NCBI GenBank assembly: GCA_036172245.1
Contig: JAYWIR010000013.1
Span: forward strand, 4,278,001 to 4,342,000
Origin: Raillietiella orientalis
Taxonomy: Eukaryota
DNA length: 64,000 bases
Direction: 5' to 3'
Shown: positions 1 through 14,046 of the stretch, one piece after another
Numbering within the stretch: the first letter of the stretch is position 1
How the letters are laid out: the number at the start of each line of letters is the position of its first letter
Notes under the pieces: generated by a model
What the model was told of the DNA's origin: nothing
The model's database searches: none
The model's input: the letters and a program-made list of their open reading frames with translations, nothing else
Program-made: the position numbers and the translations under genes

Positions 1-599
1 AGAGCAAGTTTGTCTCCGGGAAGAAGTTCGGGATCATGATAATTTCCCAACCGTGTACGTGCGTTCCGGTGTCACTTCCCTCTTTCAAAGAATCGTATCT
101 GTTGCCGCGGTTGATCCGGTGCGAAATTCTCCCAAGGCCCCATTGGTTGCATGCTGGTGTCTAGCCTTTCTTGCCGCTGCCTCCCCTAGTTTGCAAGGAG
201 CGAGCGTTCCCTTTCTTCCAGACAGACACCTGCTTTATCTAAAGAGGCCTCCACCCCAAGTTGATCCGGATCGCCAAGTTCCTCGCTGTTCTCTGAGCAA
301 GGGAGGAATTTCTTCCTTTCCCATTACTGGTAGAGTTCCCGCCTCCGTTATTGGCAGCATTGCTTTCTGTACTAGATCGGGTCTGCTTAAGCGCTTGGTC
401 ATTTTCAGGACGCTCTCTCCCATAAAACCCCCGGTTGCCGAGGAAACGAAAAGCCGGAAGCAGAGACTCCAAGCAGATTCTGCCCCTCCGGAACCATGGC
501 AGCAAAGGTCACAAAATTCAGTACACGAAAGTAGGGAGCAGCACGGGGAGCGGGGTTTGATCCAGAAGCGGAAAAGGAGAGCGGAGCAATTCATTACCC

Positions 600-1100
600 A
601 CATGCGCATTTGGAAAGTTCCGTGCGTTCTTCATCTCCTTTTCGTCTCTGACGAATACCCTCCGAACACACCGTGAAAGATGACTGTGGAATTGAGGAAA
701 ATTGGCAGCGACTCAGCCCTGAAGATATATATAGAAGCGCCCTACATAAGAGAACGGCGACAGTGCGAATCCTGGGCACGATTGGCGCTTAGTGTGTCGG
801 GGTGGACCCCTCTCCGCGACACCCTGGAAGCATGACCTACTCACAAGCACCGAAAGAGTCGGCAAGAGCCGGGAAACAGCATCCACTGATCGGCGGAGAG
901 CCTTGAATAAACAAGCGCCTGACAGAAAACGCCCAGCAGCCGCGTCATCAGTTGACGGAAGAGCTAGAGGAAGAGGACGGAAAGAAGACAATGCTTCGGG
1001 CAGCTTTTTACGACCTCTCATTGCTAAACGGTGTCTTTGCCTTCGTTTGACAGCATGCCGAACAGCACCCACTCGAGTACTGAGGCGGAAAACCGTAAAA
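600..1100 (-). mobile_element. Decayed RT remnant
   Basis: CLFKALRRSVD (KAFD-like) followed by PGFALSPFSYVGRFYIY (QG.PLSP.LF-like). Confidence 0.35.
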
Positions 1101-2109
1101 TAAGCAGACAAAAGCGGAGGTCGCTTCATGCTTGGCCGGTGGTCGTCAACCCGCACTCGGATTTGTCCTTTAACGTATCGAGCAGAACTCTTATCGCTCG
1201 CTACCATCGAGTAATGGGCCTGCTGGTAGGAAACAAAAGGTCCGTTTCCAAGCCAGAATCGCTCCTGCATCTCGGCGTTCCAGCAGATTGGGGAACGGAA
1301 AGTGGGCAGATTTGCATCTGCTCCCAGAAACCGGGCGAACAGGAACACGGGTGGGTAATCGAATGCAGTCGCCGGTGGCTGCGGCTTTCTTATCGGGACT
1401 CGTGGATCCAGCTGCGCTTGCTTCCGTTTGCTGCATCCACGTCGAATGCCACCAGTAAGGCACGGCTGCCAGCATCTCATCTTTCAGATTTCGTTTTGGT
1501 TTCCTTTTTCCCAAATCATTAAAAAAAAAAAAAAAGAATGATGGTTGACACGGAGTAAATGGCAGGTACTTTCATACTGAATTTGGGGTTTCCCTTTCCG
1601 CGGAGTGCATCATCGAAGCAACCTTCTCTCCTTAAAATGGAAGAGCAATGTGGCTTGATGACAAGAAAAGCATCTTTTCATTCTTCTGTTCACCTAAGTG
1701 CTGCGTAGGAGCAGAAACAACCATCAGATGTCCCCGAAAAGCCGTAGTCAGGGGGGGAGATTTTCAGGAGTCGTGCAGCAACTTTCCTCTTTATCATTTT
1801 CCCGTGGAGAGGAAACGCGGAGTGCGATGTTTTTTCCGCGCCGAAGTGACATCTCGCCATGTGTGTGGGGAAGGGAGTCTTGATCGCAACGGAAGGAGGC
1901 CACCAGTATGGCGGCCGCCTTCATGAAGACGGCAGCAGGATGGTCTCATCTGTGACAAGAAATCGCCAAGGAAATCGCCACCATCCAGAGCGGCTTCTAG
2001 GAAGGAAGGAACGTTCGACACCAAAAGATCCCTGCAGCCGCTCTCTCCTTCTGTCGATTTGTTTATTGTCCCTTCCCTCTGTTCCTTTCTTTTTTGGAAG
2101 ACGGCCTAC

Positions 2110-2925
2110 ATGGGGAGTCGACCTTCGGGTCCTCCCAGGAATAAAGGAGTGAGGAGTTCCCCCCCCCGGTCGTGCAACGGAGAGCGGAATCCCGTCACCG
2201 GGAGACCACCTCCTGTTTCAAGATGGAGCAGGAGCCTTCGCGGGCACCTCTCCAGTTGTTCAAAGGAGAGGACCTCCCCATGTTGCGAGGGGGGACCCTC
2301 CGAGTCTTCAGCTCTTCACAGAGTGCAAGGAAGCAAGCGAGAGCGATTCCCTGAGGGAAGCTGCAGCGCCCCTTCTGAGTTTCGGAAGCGTCCCTTCGGG
2401 GTCCTCTTCAGAGGAGTGAACAGGAGCGGTTCCCTTGCAGGTTCCCTCCGGAGAAGAGATTCCTACAAGCGGATCCTTTCCGGGTTCCCTTCGGAGGAGT
2501 TGAAATGGAGAGGACCACCTCCCTCCCAGGGGATGTCCCTCCGGAGAGAATGAGGAAGGAGATTCCCTTCGGGGTTCCCCTTTGGAGACAACCAGGGTGG
2601 GAGATGCGATCTTCCCCCTTCCGGGGGGATCCCTCCCCAAGCGTGAGAGGAACGGACTCCGAGCCCTTCCTGGATTCATAGGGCGGACCCCCATCCCGGG
2701 GTGCCCCCTATCCTGAAGAATTGCACGCCCCCCTGCGGGTTGCCGCGGGCGGAGGGGCGTGGAAACAAAACAGTGTGTTTAAAAAGAGCCACGTGCGCCG
2801 CGAGGCACGCGACCGGCTCTGAGGTACTTAGCGAACCAAAAAAAAAAAAACTCTTGAAAAAAAAAGCTGGAAGGAAAACAGCGAAGACAGAAGAAAAAGA
2901 AGAACCCAAGGATTTCCATCCCGGT
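2110..2925 (-). repeat. Dispersed repeat, probable LINE 5' leader plus ORF1 start (copy 1)
   Basis: Homologous to 7510-8190 (opposite strand), 13240-14100, 17175-18045 and 29735-29900; pyrimidine tract, then ATG 2679 giving MNPGRARSPFLSRLGRDP. Confidence 0.7.
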
Positions 2926-4266
2926 GGTCATCCCAAATGAACTTCTTCATTTCTTTGGCATCTCCTGTACTGAGGGGATCTCATCTCCTTCGGACTTGTA
3001 GTTTGTTTATTTTTAGAAAAAATGAAAAATAAACGTCTCGGTGTCACCTAGGGAGGACCAGTAATGCTTTGGATAGCTGCATCAGCGTTTTGTTATGAAG
3101 GAGAAGAAGGCTTCCTGTAGATGGTCTTGAGATTTCTTTCATCTGGGACCGAAGCACGCAAGGCGCGCGCCTCTCTCCTAATGAACGCCTCTGGGAAGGA
3201 AAGGGAGGAAGGGGCAATAAAGCAACAGCCATAGACTAGACGTAAAGTGGATGAGCCACAGGGTCACAGGATGAAGGAACTGGTCGAACTCTGCAGCAAC
3301 TGCAGGAGCCGAAGCAAGCAGCTGCTCCTGGATTCGCAGCATCCAGAACACTTAGAGAGTGGTTTCGAGCCCTGAAACCCGAAACTTCGGATTCCGGGAG
3401 CCGCCTGCTTACAGAGACCGTACGCTATCTCTGGTATACGTTTCCGCGTGGCTTGTCGCCAGTTGACGGCTGCGCACAAGTGTGAACCGTTTCCGTGGGA
3501 TCGTGGAATCAGGGAATACTCCGCAAAATCCTATGGGATGCCCCGTTTCGTGCTCACGCAGACCGCAAGGGATGCGGGTCAATTTGCTGGCGTGATCTAG
3601 GTGGTGCCACTGGGTGCCCGCCTGGGTCATCTTCAAGCACCTTGGATGAAATCTGCAGCAGCAACGGCAGGCGCCGCAACACGCGGAGGAGCACTTTGCA
3701 TCTGGGATGGGGAAGGGAGGAAGGGAGAAGGAACTGCGTTTCCGAAGCAGCAACAGCGTCCTGGAAGCTTCGTCAGCGCGGAGGTCGCGCTGCCCGTCGA
3801 AGGCATGGTGGAAGAGGTAGAGGCGCAAGCCGAGACCTTCGCCCGACGGGCGTGGCAACGTTCGAGTGAAAACGTCGGGTGTCATCACGCATTCGCTATC
3901 CGAGCGCATGCCTCGGGGGAGGCCAACAACTCTGACGGAATTAGCGTAGGGGTAACCGACTGGGTTCCTTTGCCATCACTCGGCCTAACCTCGGAGGAAC
4001 GTGAAGAGGATCTTGTCGATATCGTTCCAGCAACTTGTTCTCTTCGTGCAGCTGCGATGGACCATCACCAACAGGTCGTCGGGCGCATAAAGACTGTCAT
4101 GTTGAACGACACTGTGGCAGCCGAAGTGCCGACACGTTCCTTGTTCCTGGAGACTTGGTCTGTCCGAGCGATCCACTTCCGAGATCCCTGGATGGATTTC
4201 CGGACGTTTCCGTCCGCCTCCAGCTCCTGCCCGCTTCCCGAGGTTTACTCGTGAGCTCCATGGGGA

Positions 4267-5025
4267 TTTTTCACTCGGGCAAGCGGGGCGTTTATTTCTA
4301 TTAAAAATAAACCAGTTGAGAGCAAAAGTTTCCAAACGATGGCAACAAGAAACAAAGGGGAGGGTCCGCTGGCACGCAGGCCGAGAACACGGAAAGTCCG
4401 GAACGGGGGAAGGACAAGGGGACAACAAAAAAACAAACGAACTGGGTGGGACAAAAACAAAAAGCACCAAGAAAGTTACGAAGCGAATGGGGATGGGGAA
4501 CAAGACAAAAAAAAAAATAAAAGGGGATGGAGACCGGGGTCACCGGGTCCGCCACTTCTAACCGTCCATCAACCGGTGGTGGATGCCGGTGATCTCCTCC
4601 TTGGCTCCCTCTTCCAGGTGAGACCACCTCGCAGCCTCCCTGAGGTAGGTGGCCGCCATCCTGGTGACCTCTCTTCGCTGCATGGTGCAGCATCTGTTGA
4701 GCCGTAACGACGGCACGGATGCAACCCCATGGTTGCAATCACAGCATCCGTCAAGAGGTCTCTCGGCGCTAAGAACCACTGCAACACGTCTCGGGCAGTG
4801 TCCTGGTACAGGAGCGCTGCTGCCAGCCTCCGCCACCGTTCTTGGAGGGCACCGCAGTCCTCGCACAGTTCGAGGATGCAACCCCTCCGGAAACTCGATG
4901 CCCTCTCTCGTTGAACTGGAATACCCAGTGGAGGAAGAGCAGCACGGCCTCCTTCCAGGCAAGGGGGAACAAAATCGGAAAGAAAATCGTGGAAATCGGA
5001 GCTTCGCAGCCTCAAACCGCAGAAA
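4267..5025 (-). mobile_element. 5'-truncated LINE copy (ORF2 C-terminus plus 3' UTR)
   Basis: Family 3' end at 4296-4267; segment 4590-4700 is homologous to 11895-12020; degenerate TSD TGAGCTCCATGG (4252-4263) / TGAGTTCCATGG (5026-5037). Confidence 0.7.
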
Positions 5026-6699
5026 TGAGTTCCATGGAACATTCGAATCGGCTCGGAAGCAGGGGGGGGGGGATCCGGCATTCCCTTTTCCTTTGTCCTT
5101 CTTTGGCAGAAACGCCCGGAGTCTCTGTCATCTCCGGGTGAGGGGGAAATCTCCTTGGCCACTAGAAACAACGCTCCCTTCCCTTTCGCTTTTGCTCCTG
5201 TGAGAGTGGCGTGACGGAGGAAATAGGTGGCGATGCAAACCCATGGTAGCATCCCAGAGAAGCATCTCAAGAGTCGATCATCGTATCGATGATTTCGAGT
5301 ACTTGAATGGGGAGCCAAATCCGAGACCCTGTTATCTTTCGGAGCACATGGATGTCCACCAGTTCCGTTGGCAGTAGAAACGACCCTCGGAAATGAGAGG
5401 AGAGCTTGCTGGAAGACTGCAAAACGAACAGCACTTTACCGGAATCGATTTCTTGGTGTCAGAGAGCCCGCCAATGACCGGCGTGAATCAGCAATAGGGA
5501 TCTTCGCATTCTCTCCCCGCTCCTCCGGGCAAACTCTCCCATTCTCCCTTGGGAAGGCTGAAGGCAAGAGCGCGATGCACGTTCGAGGCACGAAGGTGCG
5601 CCGCAACGAAAGCGTCACTGAGAAACAAGGCAAGCGGTCCTTCAGCCTCCAGCGAAGGAACAGTAGCAATCGGTGTCCCGTGAGAACCCATGCTCACCTC
5701 TCAGAGAAACGTCTCAGGGTCATTTGCCCGATGGTGCCCGAAATTTCGAGTAAATTCGTTCCCCCTCTTGTGGGCAGACGAACAACCGCAGCGTATTTTC
5801 GGAAGAACATTGACAGCAGCCGGTATGTAAACACGCGAAGGAAATCGAAAGAGGGACGCGGACTCACGCACCAGCATCCAAGATCCATTATCTTTGTATC
5901 AATCTAAATTGCGCCATTTTTTCTTCTCCCATCTCTTGTGGGCTTCCATTCCGGAGTGCTGAACTCCCCATTCCCTTCTTCCGGCTGTCACAAAACTCTA
6001 GACTTTCGAAAGAAAGATGCGTTTAGCGAGAGAGTTCCCAGCATCCTCTCGCAGCATCCAGATGACTCGCGCTCGTGGGCATGTGCACAGTTTCTCTGTG
6101 TTCCGGCGCTTGTGCGCGCCTCCAAGATTCGGACATTTTCAGTCCAGTTCGAACCTTTACTTTCGTGTGGCGAAGGTTTGAAGAGCTGCGAGAAGCAGCG
6201 GAAAGAAAGAGAGTTCCTTGGGCAAGACCGCTAAGACGAAGACGCGTTAGCAATGGCAAAAATCTTTCCAGTTCTACAAGCTCAAGAGGATATCCAGATG
6301 AAAAGCCAAAAGATAGGAGTAATAGAAATGGAAGGCCACAGAGAAAAACCTCAATGATTCGATTGGCATCGAAGGACAACTCATATATATAAAAAGTTCG
6401 CTTCGCGTGCCACGTCCTTCGGCACTCGCTCCCTACGGCTACATAGTCGGGATTCACGCCATCGATGACCTCAGATCTGTACAGCGATTCTAGAGACAAT
6501 AAGGTCTGGTCGTTCGGAGGAGGTTCAAGGTACGTAGAACTAGAATATTCCATGCTAAGCAGTACGTACATGTAAGTTGGATGCACAGGCAAAGATAAAC
6601 AGAGCTAGAATACTGCATCTATTTATACGTGAAATGCATTCAGACTGAAGGTATTTATGTATGCACAGGCTGAAGATGAGTAGACATGCAAGAACACCG

Positions 6700-7480
6700 C
6701 ATCCAAGCTTGCATCCGCCAGTCTCCAACACCTCCAATGTTCGAATCAAATTTGCCGGAGAGCAGCAGCATCTGTTTCCAAAAGATGCAGATGATGTTTG
6801 GTCGCGGAATTTCGAAGCTCTGTTGTGATCTGCTGCATTGGCTAATCCGGGAGGAATTCCTGCTTGTCCTGGGCTTCCTCACTGGGCAGCTCGCTAGATC
6901 GGTGTGCTGCTTGCACGCTGCTCCAGTATGAGGAAAGCGCCGCTCATGGAGAAAACATGACGTCACGTCTTCTCTTTGAAATTCGGAAAGTGACAGACTG
7001 GTTTCGGAAGTTGAGAAAGCGACCTGGTAAAAACTCGAAGATGCAGAGGGAGCCGTTCCTTCTATTACACACAAGGTACTCTAAGTGTCGAACAAAGTGG
7101 CCGTGGGGGAAGTTTTCCGATAACCATCATTCGTTCTCGGCCATCAAGCACAGCACAAGTGATCTCTAACTTCCTTAAGTGATGCCATCCATTTGAATCA
7201 GTGAACAATCAGCCTCCTTAATTGCTCTTCCCTGTAATCAGCATAAAACATTCACGATGATGATTTATTCGGCTATCCAATCCAACCAGCAAAGGTATGC
7301 GCCGTTCTCGCAAACAGTGTTTTCTTATTGGATGAAGTTGCCAGAACGAATGACGTACATTTTCTACGGATGAAAGAGTCCCTAAGCTCCTAAGCGTCTC
7401 GCGCATGAGATTCTCATGCTGAGATGAATGGATCCTGAGCTTGCCTTCCGTGGTCACGGCATGAGAATTCCGTGGCTGCA
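6700..7480 (-). mobile_element. Decayed APE-endonuclease remnant
   Basis: VRHSFWQLHP...LDSRINH then RDHLC (D.WR.HP / SRID / SDH-like). Confidence 0.4.
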
Positions 7481-7509
7481 TGGTTTGAGGCTGGGTCTAT
7501 CAGAGCCAC

Positions 7510-8190
7510 GAATACAAAATCATTCTTTTCTGTCTTAGCAGTTCTTCGACACGTTTCCACGCCACCTGAGGGTGGGTTATTCTTCAAGATAGGGAATATC
7601 CCGGGAGAAGTCTGCCCTATGAATTCAGAAAGCAATCGGAGTCCGTTCCTCTCACTCCTGGGGAGGGATCCCCGGAAATGCAGATCATCCCCACCCTGAT
7701 TGTGTCCGAAAAGGAATTCCGAAGGGAATCCCCTCCCTTATTCTTTCCGGAGGACCCCTGAGGGGTTCCAGAGGAACCCCCATGGGTCTTTCTTCTCTGA
7801 AGGGAACCCCGAAAGGATCCACTCCTGTTTTTACTCCTCTGAAGAGAACCCAGAAGGGACGCTTTCGAAATTCAGAAGGACGCAGCTTCCCCGAAGGGAT
7901 CGGCTCGCTTCTCTGCACTCTCTGGAGAGGTGGTAGCGACACACCTAGTTCATCAGTACGACGCGGAGGGTCCTCCCTGGATATGGGGTCCGCTCCTTCA
8001 CAACCGGAGGGGGAACTCCCCACTCCTTGATTCCTAGAAGAATCCAGAGGTCGACTCCCATTTGTGCCGGTCCTCATAGAGGGCATCCAGTTTCAACCGC
8101 TACCAGCGCCGCATCCGGATGAATGTAGGCCAACCAGCGTCATCTTGTGGGGTGAACTCTGAATCCACGACGCCCTAAGTTCGATCAATC
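7510..8190 (+). repeat. Dispersed repeat, probable LINE 5' leader plus ORF1 start (copy 2)
   Basis: ATG 7619 gives MNSESNRSPFLSLLGRDP; shares SSEE(D/N)PEGTL.K.RR...LASLHS with copy 1. Confidence 0.7.
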
Positions 8191-8399
8191 CAATTCGAGA
8201 TGCATTGCGACGCCAGTGAAGAATGGAGAGGGTGGGGAGATCCTGCAAACTGTCCAAGGAGGAGGGAGAGCTCCTCAGTCTTCGAGGTTTTCCCAAGCAG
8301 CTCCTTCCCTATCATCTTTCAGTGAGGCTGGAGGATTCCAGACGGCGGCCCGTACAACGCCTGCAGTGGATCGGGCGGGAGTCCTGAAAGTTGCCCACT

Positions 8400-10300
8400 T
8401 TTTTCTCTGGTGCTGACTCACTTTTGTGGAGTCTTCAGCTCCTTAGGGGTTATCTTTCTTCGCCGTGCGGAGCTCACGCTCCGTAAGATCTTCACACAAG
8501 CACACTCATGGAAGCGGGCGCGCTCCCCCTCTAGGGAAGAAGGCCAGATGCCCAGCTCCAGTGCTTGCCGTCCTTCCTTTCCCTGGCATCTTCCGAGACC
8601 GTCGGCTGGTTTCCGCAGCGATGGATTAGGTGGAGTGCGGTGATCCGACCTTCGATCAGGAGCACCAGGCAGTCCGGCGGATGTCTCGATCGAAGACGAG
8701 CAGCCTCCTCCATTGGCCTGCCGTCATCCTCTTGATCCCGCCGACCAACTCGCCGAAGCCCACGTGGTTGCGCACGAGCTGCAGGCGCACCGACTGAGGA
8801 TGTGCCGCAGAGGTGCTCCTCAAGATAGCGTCGATAGCGTATCTCGTGCGAGAATGAGATTGAGGCGAGCTACATGCACGAAACAGTAATCTGCAAGCTG
8901 CATGAGGTCTCTGCCGAAAAATGGAAGAGGCTGGAAGTGCAGTGCTGGCGATCTGAAACATGGCTCTCCCTTAGCCGCCGAGATTTTCAAGGGAACGTAC
9001 GCCGCGCTTCCTTGCCCTAGAGCGGGCTGAAAATCCACGTGTTCGTGGAAAATACGTTGCAGTATCCTCACGTGTTCTTCGAAGATAAGCTCGCCGAAGC
9101 TGGCTCTTGTACGAACTAGGACATCATTCTCTTCTGATTTGATCCGCTCGTTTCCTCGGAAACTGCGGTTTCCTTCGTAGCTCCGTGACTTTTCCGCATC
9201 CGCAATCCTAATTATCCGGCGGCACTCGTTCTTACTAACTTGCGGGGCTCTTTGGGAGACGGAGTGGGGATCCAGTAGTGGATATTTGCTTTCCTGCGGA
9301 TGTCTTCTCTCCTCTGGAGCCGCCACCATGCTCTCCTAGAGGCAAAAGATCATTCTTGTCGCTATCCCTTCACTCTGTGGCTCGAGATCCGGTCGAAGCT
9401 TGGAGTCCATCCTAGAGACAGATTGGTTGGGAACCATCGGCTCTCCATATTTCTGGGTGACCAGGTTTCTTGATCCAAGCTGCTGGTTGGTACCGTGTCC
9501 TTCACTTATTCGCTGATGCATGGATTGAGGAACTCTCCCTCAACACACAGGCCTCCTGTACATCTGATCCATCCATGGTGAGCGATGCTCTCACAGACAC
9601 CGTATAGGGGCGCGTTTCGCGGATAAACCTCCAAGCGGCAAACCTCAGATGCCCTTCATTGAGCGGAAGCTGTCTCACACACGACGCAAGGCATGATCTG
9701 CTCTCGATCTGGATACTCCGTGACAGAAGACAGCCATGCTCCCTCGTGTCGTGTCGTGTGCAAGCTGGGGATGGTTGCGTACGTATTTATGGGTAGTGGG
9801 CATCTCCGAAATGTGATTTTCTTCGTCTCATTCCAATTCTTCCATCTTCTTGCTGTCGAATCGATAGCTGACCTGGTCAGAATGGCAACTTGGCGATCGC
9901 ATTCCTCGCAAGGCAGTCAGCGAGCCCGTGACTCCGCAAGAGTCCTTCTCGCGTGCAGCTCCTCCAGATCGCCGACACATTGATGGCTGAAGAGCCCAGA
10001 AGTGGCACCCCATGAGGACGCAGGAGAGCGATCCCCGTCTGAAGGATTCTCTGGAGCAGTGCATCACTCGCGCCAGAATCCCGCAAATCTCGATTCGCGA
10101 TTCCTCTCGGACCACCGGAGTGGGGAACCCCAAGAACAGCAAGATAACCGCTACTTTTACCCATGAAATCAGCAAATCAACCCTCTCATCTCTTATACCC
10201 CTCCCATACCCCACTTTCCTCGGCTTGGCTCTCGTCTTCTCGCCCCGACATTTTGGTACACCGCGTAAAGGACAAGAACGAGGTTATTATTCGATGCCGG
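8400..10300 (-). mobile_element. Decayed LINE ORF2 remnant
   Basis: WRFIRETRPYT (APE-like), then GQWRRLLVFDRDIR (WRPISLLN.DYK-like), in the correct order. Confidence 0.4.
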
Positions 10301-11674
10301 GTACGAATGTTCGATGGGTATTCAAGCTGTGGTTGACCTGGATCATAACGATCCGTTGATTTCGATTATGAACTCGAGAGCACAGTTTCTCTTGCAGTTT
10401 CTCTTCGTTTCTTTCTCTATCCAGTCGCACGGATGGCTGTTTCCACGGAATCTGGATGAACGCAGACAGGGAGTTTTGCTTCCTCCCGACCGTTTCCTTG
10501 AACACAAGCTTACTGTATTTTGTTCTGTTTTGCGTGCATCGCTTCTGATGCCTTTCCTCGAAACTTTCTCTTGTTCTCTGCCCTTGACCGCGCACAGCAA
10601 TTCACGTATCGCCCAGCAACCGCACGTCCTTGTTGTCCCATTCACAGAAAACTCGGTTGCTAACAGCTCAGCAAACGGGTGCCGGAAGGGACAGGGAAGA
10701 TGTCTACTTCCTTGATGCATCTTCTGTTGCCAACAAACGGGGGATGAGCACTGTTTCCCGTAGTTATCCGGCACAAGCTTGATTCCTGTTTCCAGGAGCT
10801 GACACCAGTGAAAAATGGATCTGCCTTCCTCAAAGTCAACTGCTCTACCTGCAGCCCTATCTTTGGGAGAATTTTGATCTAGATTCTTGACCTGATGTTC
10901 CGGACTCCCGTGGGAGACCAGCCGCTTCTCCCCGAAATCATGTCGTCTCGTTGTGCTCCTATCCGTAAGCGTGAGCTGAGCTGAGCAAGAATTTATCCGA
11001 GAGCCATTCCATCACAACCGATTGATTGAGAGCACTAATTCGAGCAGCTGTCCTGAATGGATGACTCCCAACACTGCACGCAGGCGTGTTCCTCCTGCGT
11101 GCCCGTGTGTCTTGCAACCCTCGGTGATTTCTTCCCTCCCTTCTGCTCCCCGCTGTTTCCTCGGAAGTTGTTGAGAAAAAAAAAACATGGAAGAAATAGA
11201 GCGGTTCCTGTGAATGAAGAAGGTGCCTTGGGGAGAATGGCCAGCATGAGCGCTAATGGAAAGTTTGGCAGGTGTAGGAATGTGAAGGAACGGAAAGCGG
11301 GCTCTGAATTATTAGAAAGAAAAGCTTTATTGACCGTCATCATATACCATTGGTGAAGCAATTTCATGGGGAAACATGGTGGTCGTCACATTATTTGCCC
11401 TCGTTACAGGAACAAAAGCAATGAAGACTATCTGTTGGTCGTGAATGTGTAATCGAGTGGAGTCGAAAAACAGAGGCAACGACAGCTGCCAGCGTGGACC
11501 TCGCAGTCCCCATGGCGGCCGCAAAATAGAAGCGAACAAGGATGGAAGACAGCAGTGCCGTTTCCATCATCCACTGACGGGAGCGCACAATAAGACGATG
11601 GAAACAGTGAGGCCATTAACCGTATCCCCATTGAGGGAGGATGCCATGATGGCAGGCGGATCCCCTGGTTGAAG

Positions 11675-12047
11675 TTTTCCCACCTGGTCACGCCGATGCG
11701 TTTAATTAGAAGCCTTCAGCAAGCACGTTGCAGCTCCGGAAACAAAAACAACAAAAATTTTGTGGGTAGACAGGTGAGTTGTTCAGACAATCCGAAGCGA
11801 GGCAGGAATGAGACAGTGAACAAATAAAGAGAAGGTGCGGAGCAGGGGGTCTTTGGCATTGGACGTTCCTTCTTGCTCAGTACCAGCGAAGAATGCCGGC
11901 AACCTTCGACTTGAGTTCTTCTTGCAGGTGAGACCACCTCGCAGCCGTCCTCATGTAGGTGGCTGTCATGCCGGCGACCTCTCTTCGCTGCTCCCGAGAC
12001 TCCGGCACGTGGCAGACTGCGACGGCGTGACAGTCTAACAACAAATC
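11675..12047 (-). mobile_element. 5'-truncated LINE copy, same family as 4267-5025
   Basis: Shares CAGGTGAGACCACCTCGCAGCC...GTAGGTGGC...GACCTCTCTTCGCTGC with 4616-4681; 3' end ATTAAACGCATCGG..CCAGGTGGGAAAA; flanking direct repeat GGTTGAAGT at ~11667 and ~12058. Confidence 0.7.
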
Positions 12048-13271
12048 GGGGACTCACGGTTGAAGTCAGCTGAAGGGTAGGAAAGCGTGGTGAACCGTTG
12101 GGGGAGGTGCCATTGCTGAATGGAACTGCGTGGACGGTTGCGAAAGAGGAAATGAGGCGAAAATGGGTGAGCCTCCCGCTCGGTGGCCATCGGAGGCACG
12201 GTGGCAACGGGGGAACGCGCGGACAGGTAGAGGAAACTTGGTTCGCGCAAGAGTTGTCCCGCCGGGTCTGGACATGGCGTTGTCTCTCGTCCAAGGCGGC
12301 AGCTTCTCTAGACGCGAAGTGTGATTTCTTGTAGGCTGAAAAAGATAAAAGAGCTCCCTTGGTGTCGAAGGAGGATGGTCAACTCCCAGAGGACATCACC
12401 GCGGATAGGGGAACAAACCAACCCTGCTTCTGTCGGTAGCAGCGGGGCAAGGCATCTGATCCGAAGAGCAGAGCTTTCGAGCGGTGGAAAGCACCAGCAA
12501 CGGGTTCAGTTCAGTCGCTGAAATACTCCTTTATGCTGAAAAAGGGGATTTTTTGACCGATAGCTAAAAAGTTCTGTTCCATGTCCATTCTCCATTTTTT
12601 AATTAGACAGCAGTAGAAAAAGCTTTTGTTTTAATTTTGGCAAGTAATTTACCCAAATGTGGCTCTTCAATCATGTTAAGGCAACCATTTCGATCTTTAG
12701 CGGGGTCTCCCCAAGAATTAATGGTCTGACAGACAAATGAAGGTGTCTGCGCCATCATCTTTCTCGATTCCAACCATACTGATAACTTCATCAATAGTTT
12801 CAGGACTTCTCGTCTGGTTTTGAGCAGCAGCAGAATCCCCGCTTTGCCGCCGCCGTCGAGGAAAGACCGTTTCCATTGCGCCTTTGCTTGACGGAAACTC
12901 GCAATAAAAAGGCGCAAGCAGACGAGGAAGCCTCCATCTCCATCGCGAAGTGGGGAGAGGGGATGCGGTCTTGAGTTTCTCTGGAGACGCTCCCGCTCGG
13001 GAAAGCCATCACACGTCCATCTCCTCCAATTAGTAGGCCGGAAAAGCCAAAGGCACTTGAAAGGTGCCTTCACCGGACACGCAATTCCAGAGCGATTCTG
13101 GAGAGCGATGGTCCTCATCTGATTCCTTCCACATGAGGGGTTCCCACTTTGAAGGTCGTGTGGCTGCTGTCCCCTAGCGAGGCACCCAGCTCTGCGGGTT
13201 CGAATACCCGTAAAGGATCGACGCCAGAGGTGGATCGCGGGTTTCGAGTCCCCCCCGCGAGATGACGCTGG

Positions 13272-14046
13272 TTGGCCCATTCGAGCTCGGCACTGGCGGA
13301 AGCATCAGGAAACCGAGTGCTCCCTTTAACTGGCCAAGATTGGAAGTCGACCCTCCGGAATCCTTCCAGAAATCAAGGAGACGGTTCCCTTCTGCAAATG
13401 GAGCCGTCTCCCCTCTCGAGGGTGGGTCCTCCATCGCGTATCCATAGAGCTGGTTGGTAGCCCCCTCAGGGGATCACCTGTCGAGAATTGCGCGGCTCCT
13501 TTCGGGGAGCGACTCTTCAGAGAGATTAGGAAGCATCCCTCCGTGGTTCTCTTCAGAGGAGGAGGAAACAGGGACGGTTCCCCTGAGGGTTCCTTTCGGA
13601 GAGGAAATGATGCGACAGTCTCCTCCGGGAGGTTTCCTCCGGAGAAAATCAGGAAGGCATTATCTTCGGGATTCCCTTCCGAGGCAACCAGGGCGAGGGC
13701 TCGCTACCAAGCGCAACAGGAACGGGGACTCCTTCCTCCAGAGGCTTCCTGGATTCAATTAGGCACTCCCGCCTGGGCTACCCCATCTAACTCGAAGAGT
13801 CACACGCCCCCTCGGGTGGCGTGGACAACGCCGAAGAGCTACGTGAGCTGCCACTCTGAGGAGGCGAACGGTTCTTCAGCACTTCCGGAGAACCAGAAGA
13901 AAAAGGATGAAAAGAAAACCCGAAAAAAAAAGGAAAAGGAAAAAAACCTGAAAGGAAAGCAGGGAAGATCCCGGAAGGATTTCCATCAGTTGACTCTTGG
14001 CGATGCGGGGCTCGGAATCGGCTGCTCCCTTCTCCTAGCGTCGACA
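13272..14046. repeat. Left arm of a 775-bp apparently perfect inverted repeat
   Basis: Reverse complement of 17230-18004 (paired coordinates sum to 31276); ORF translations are identical in several frames. Confidence 0.92.
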
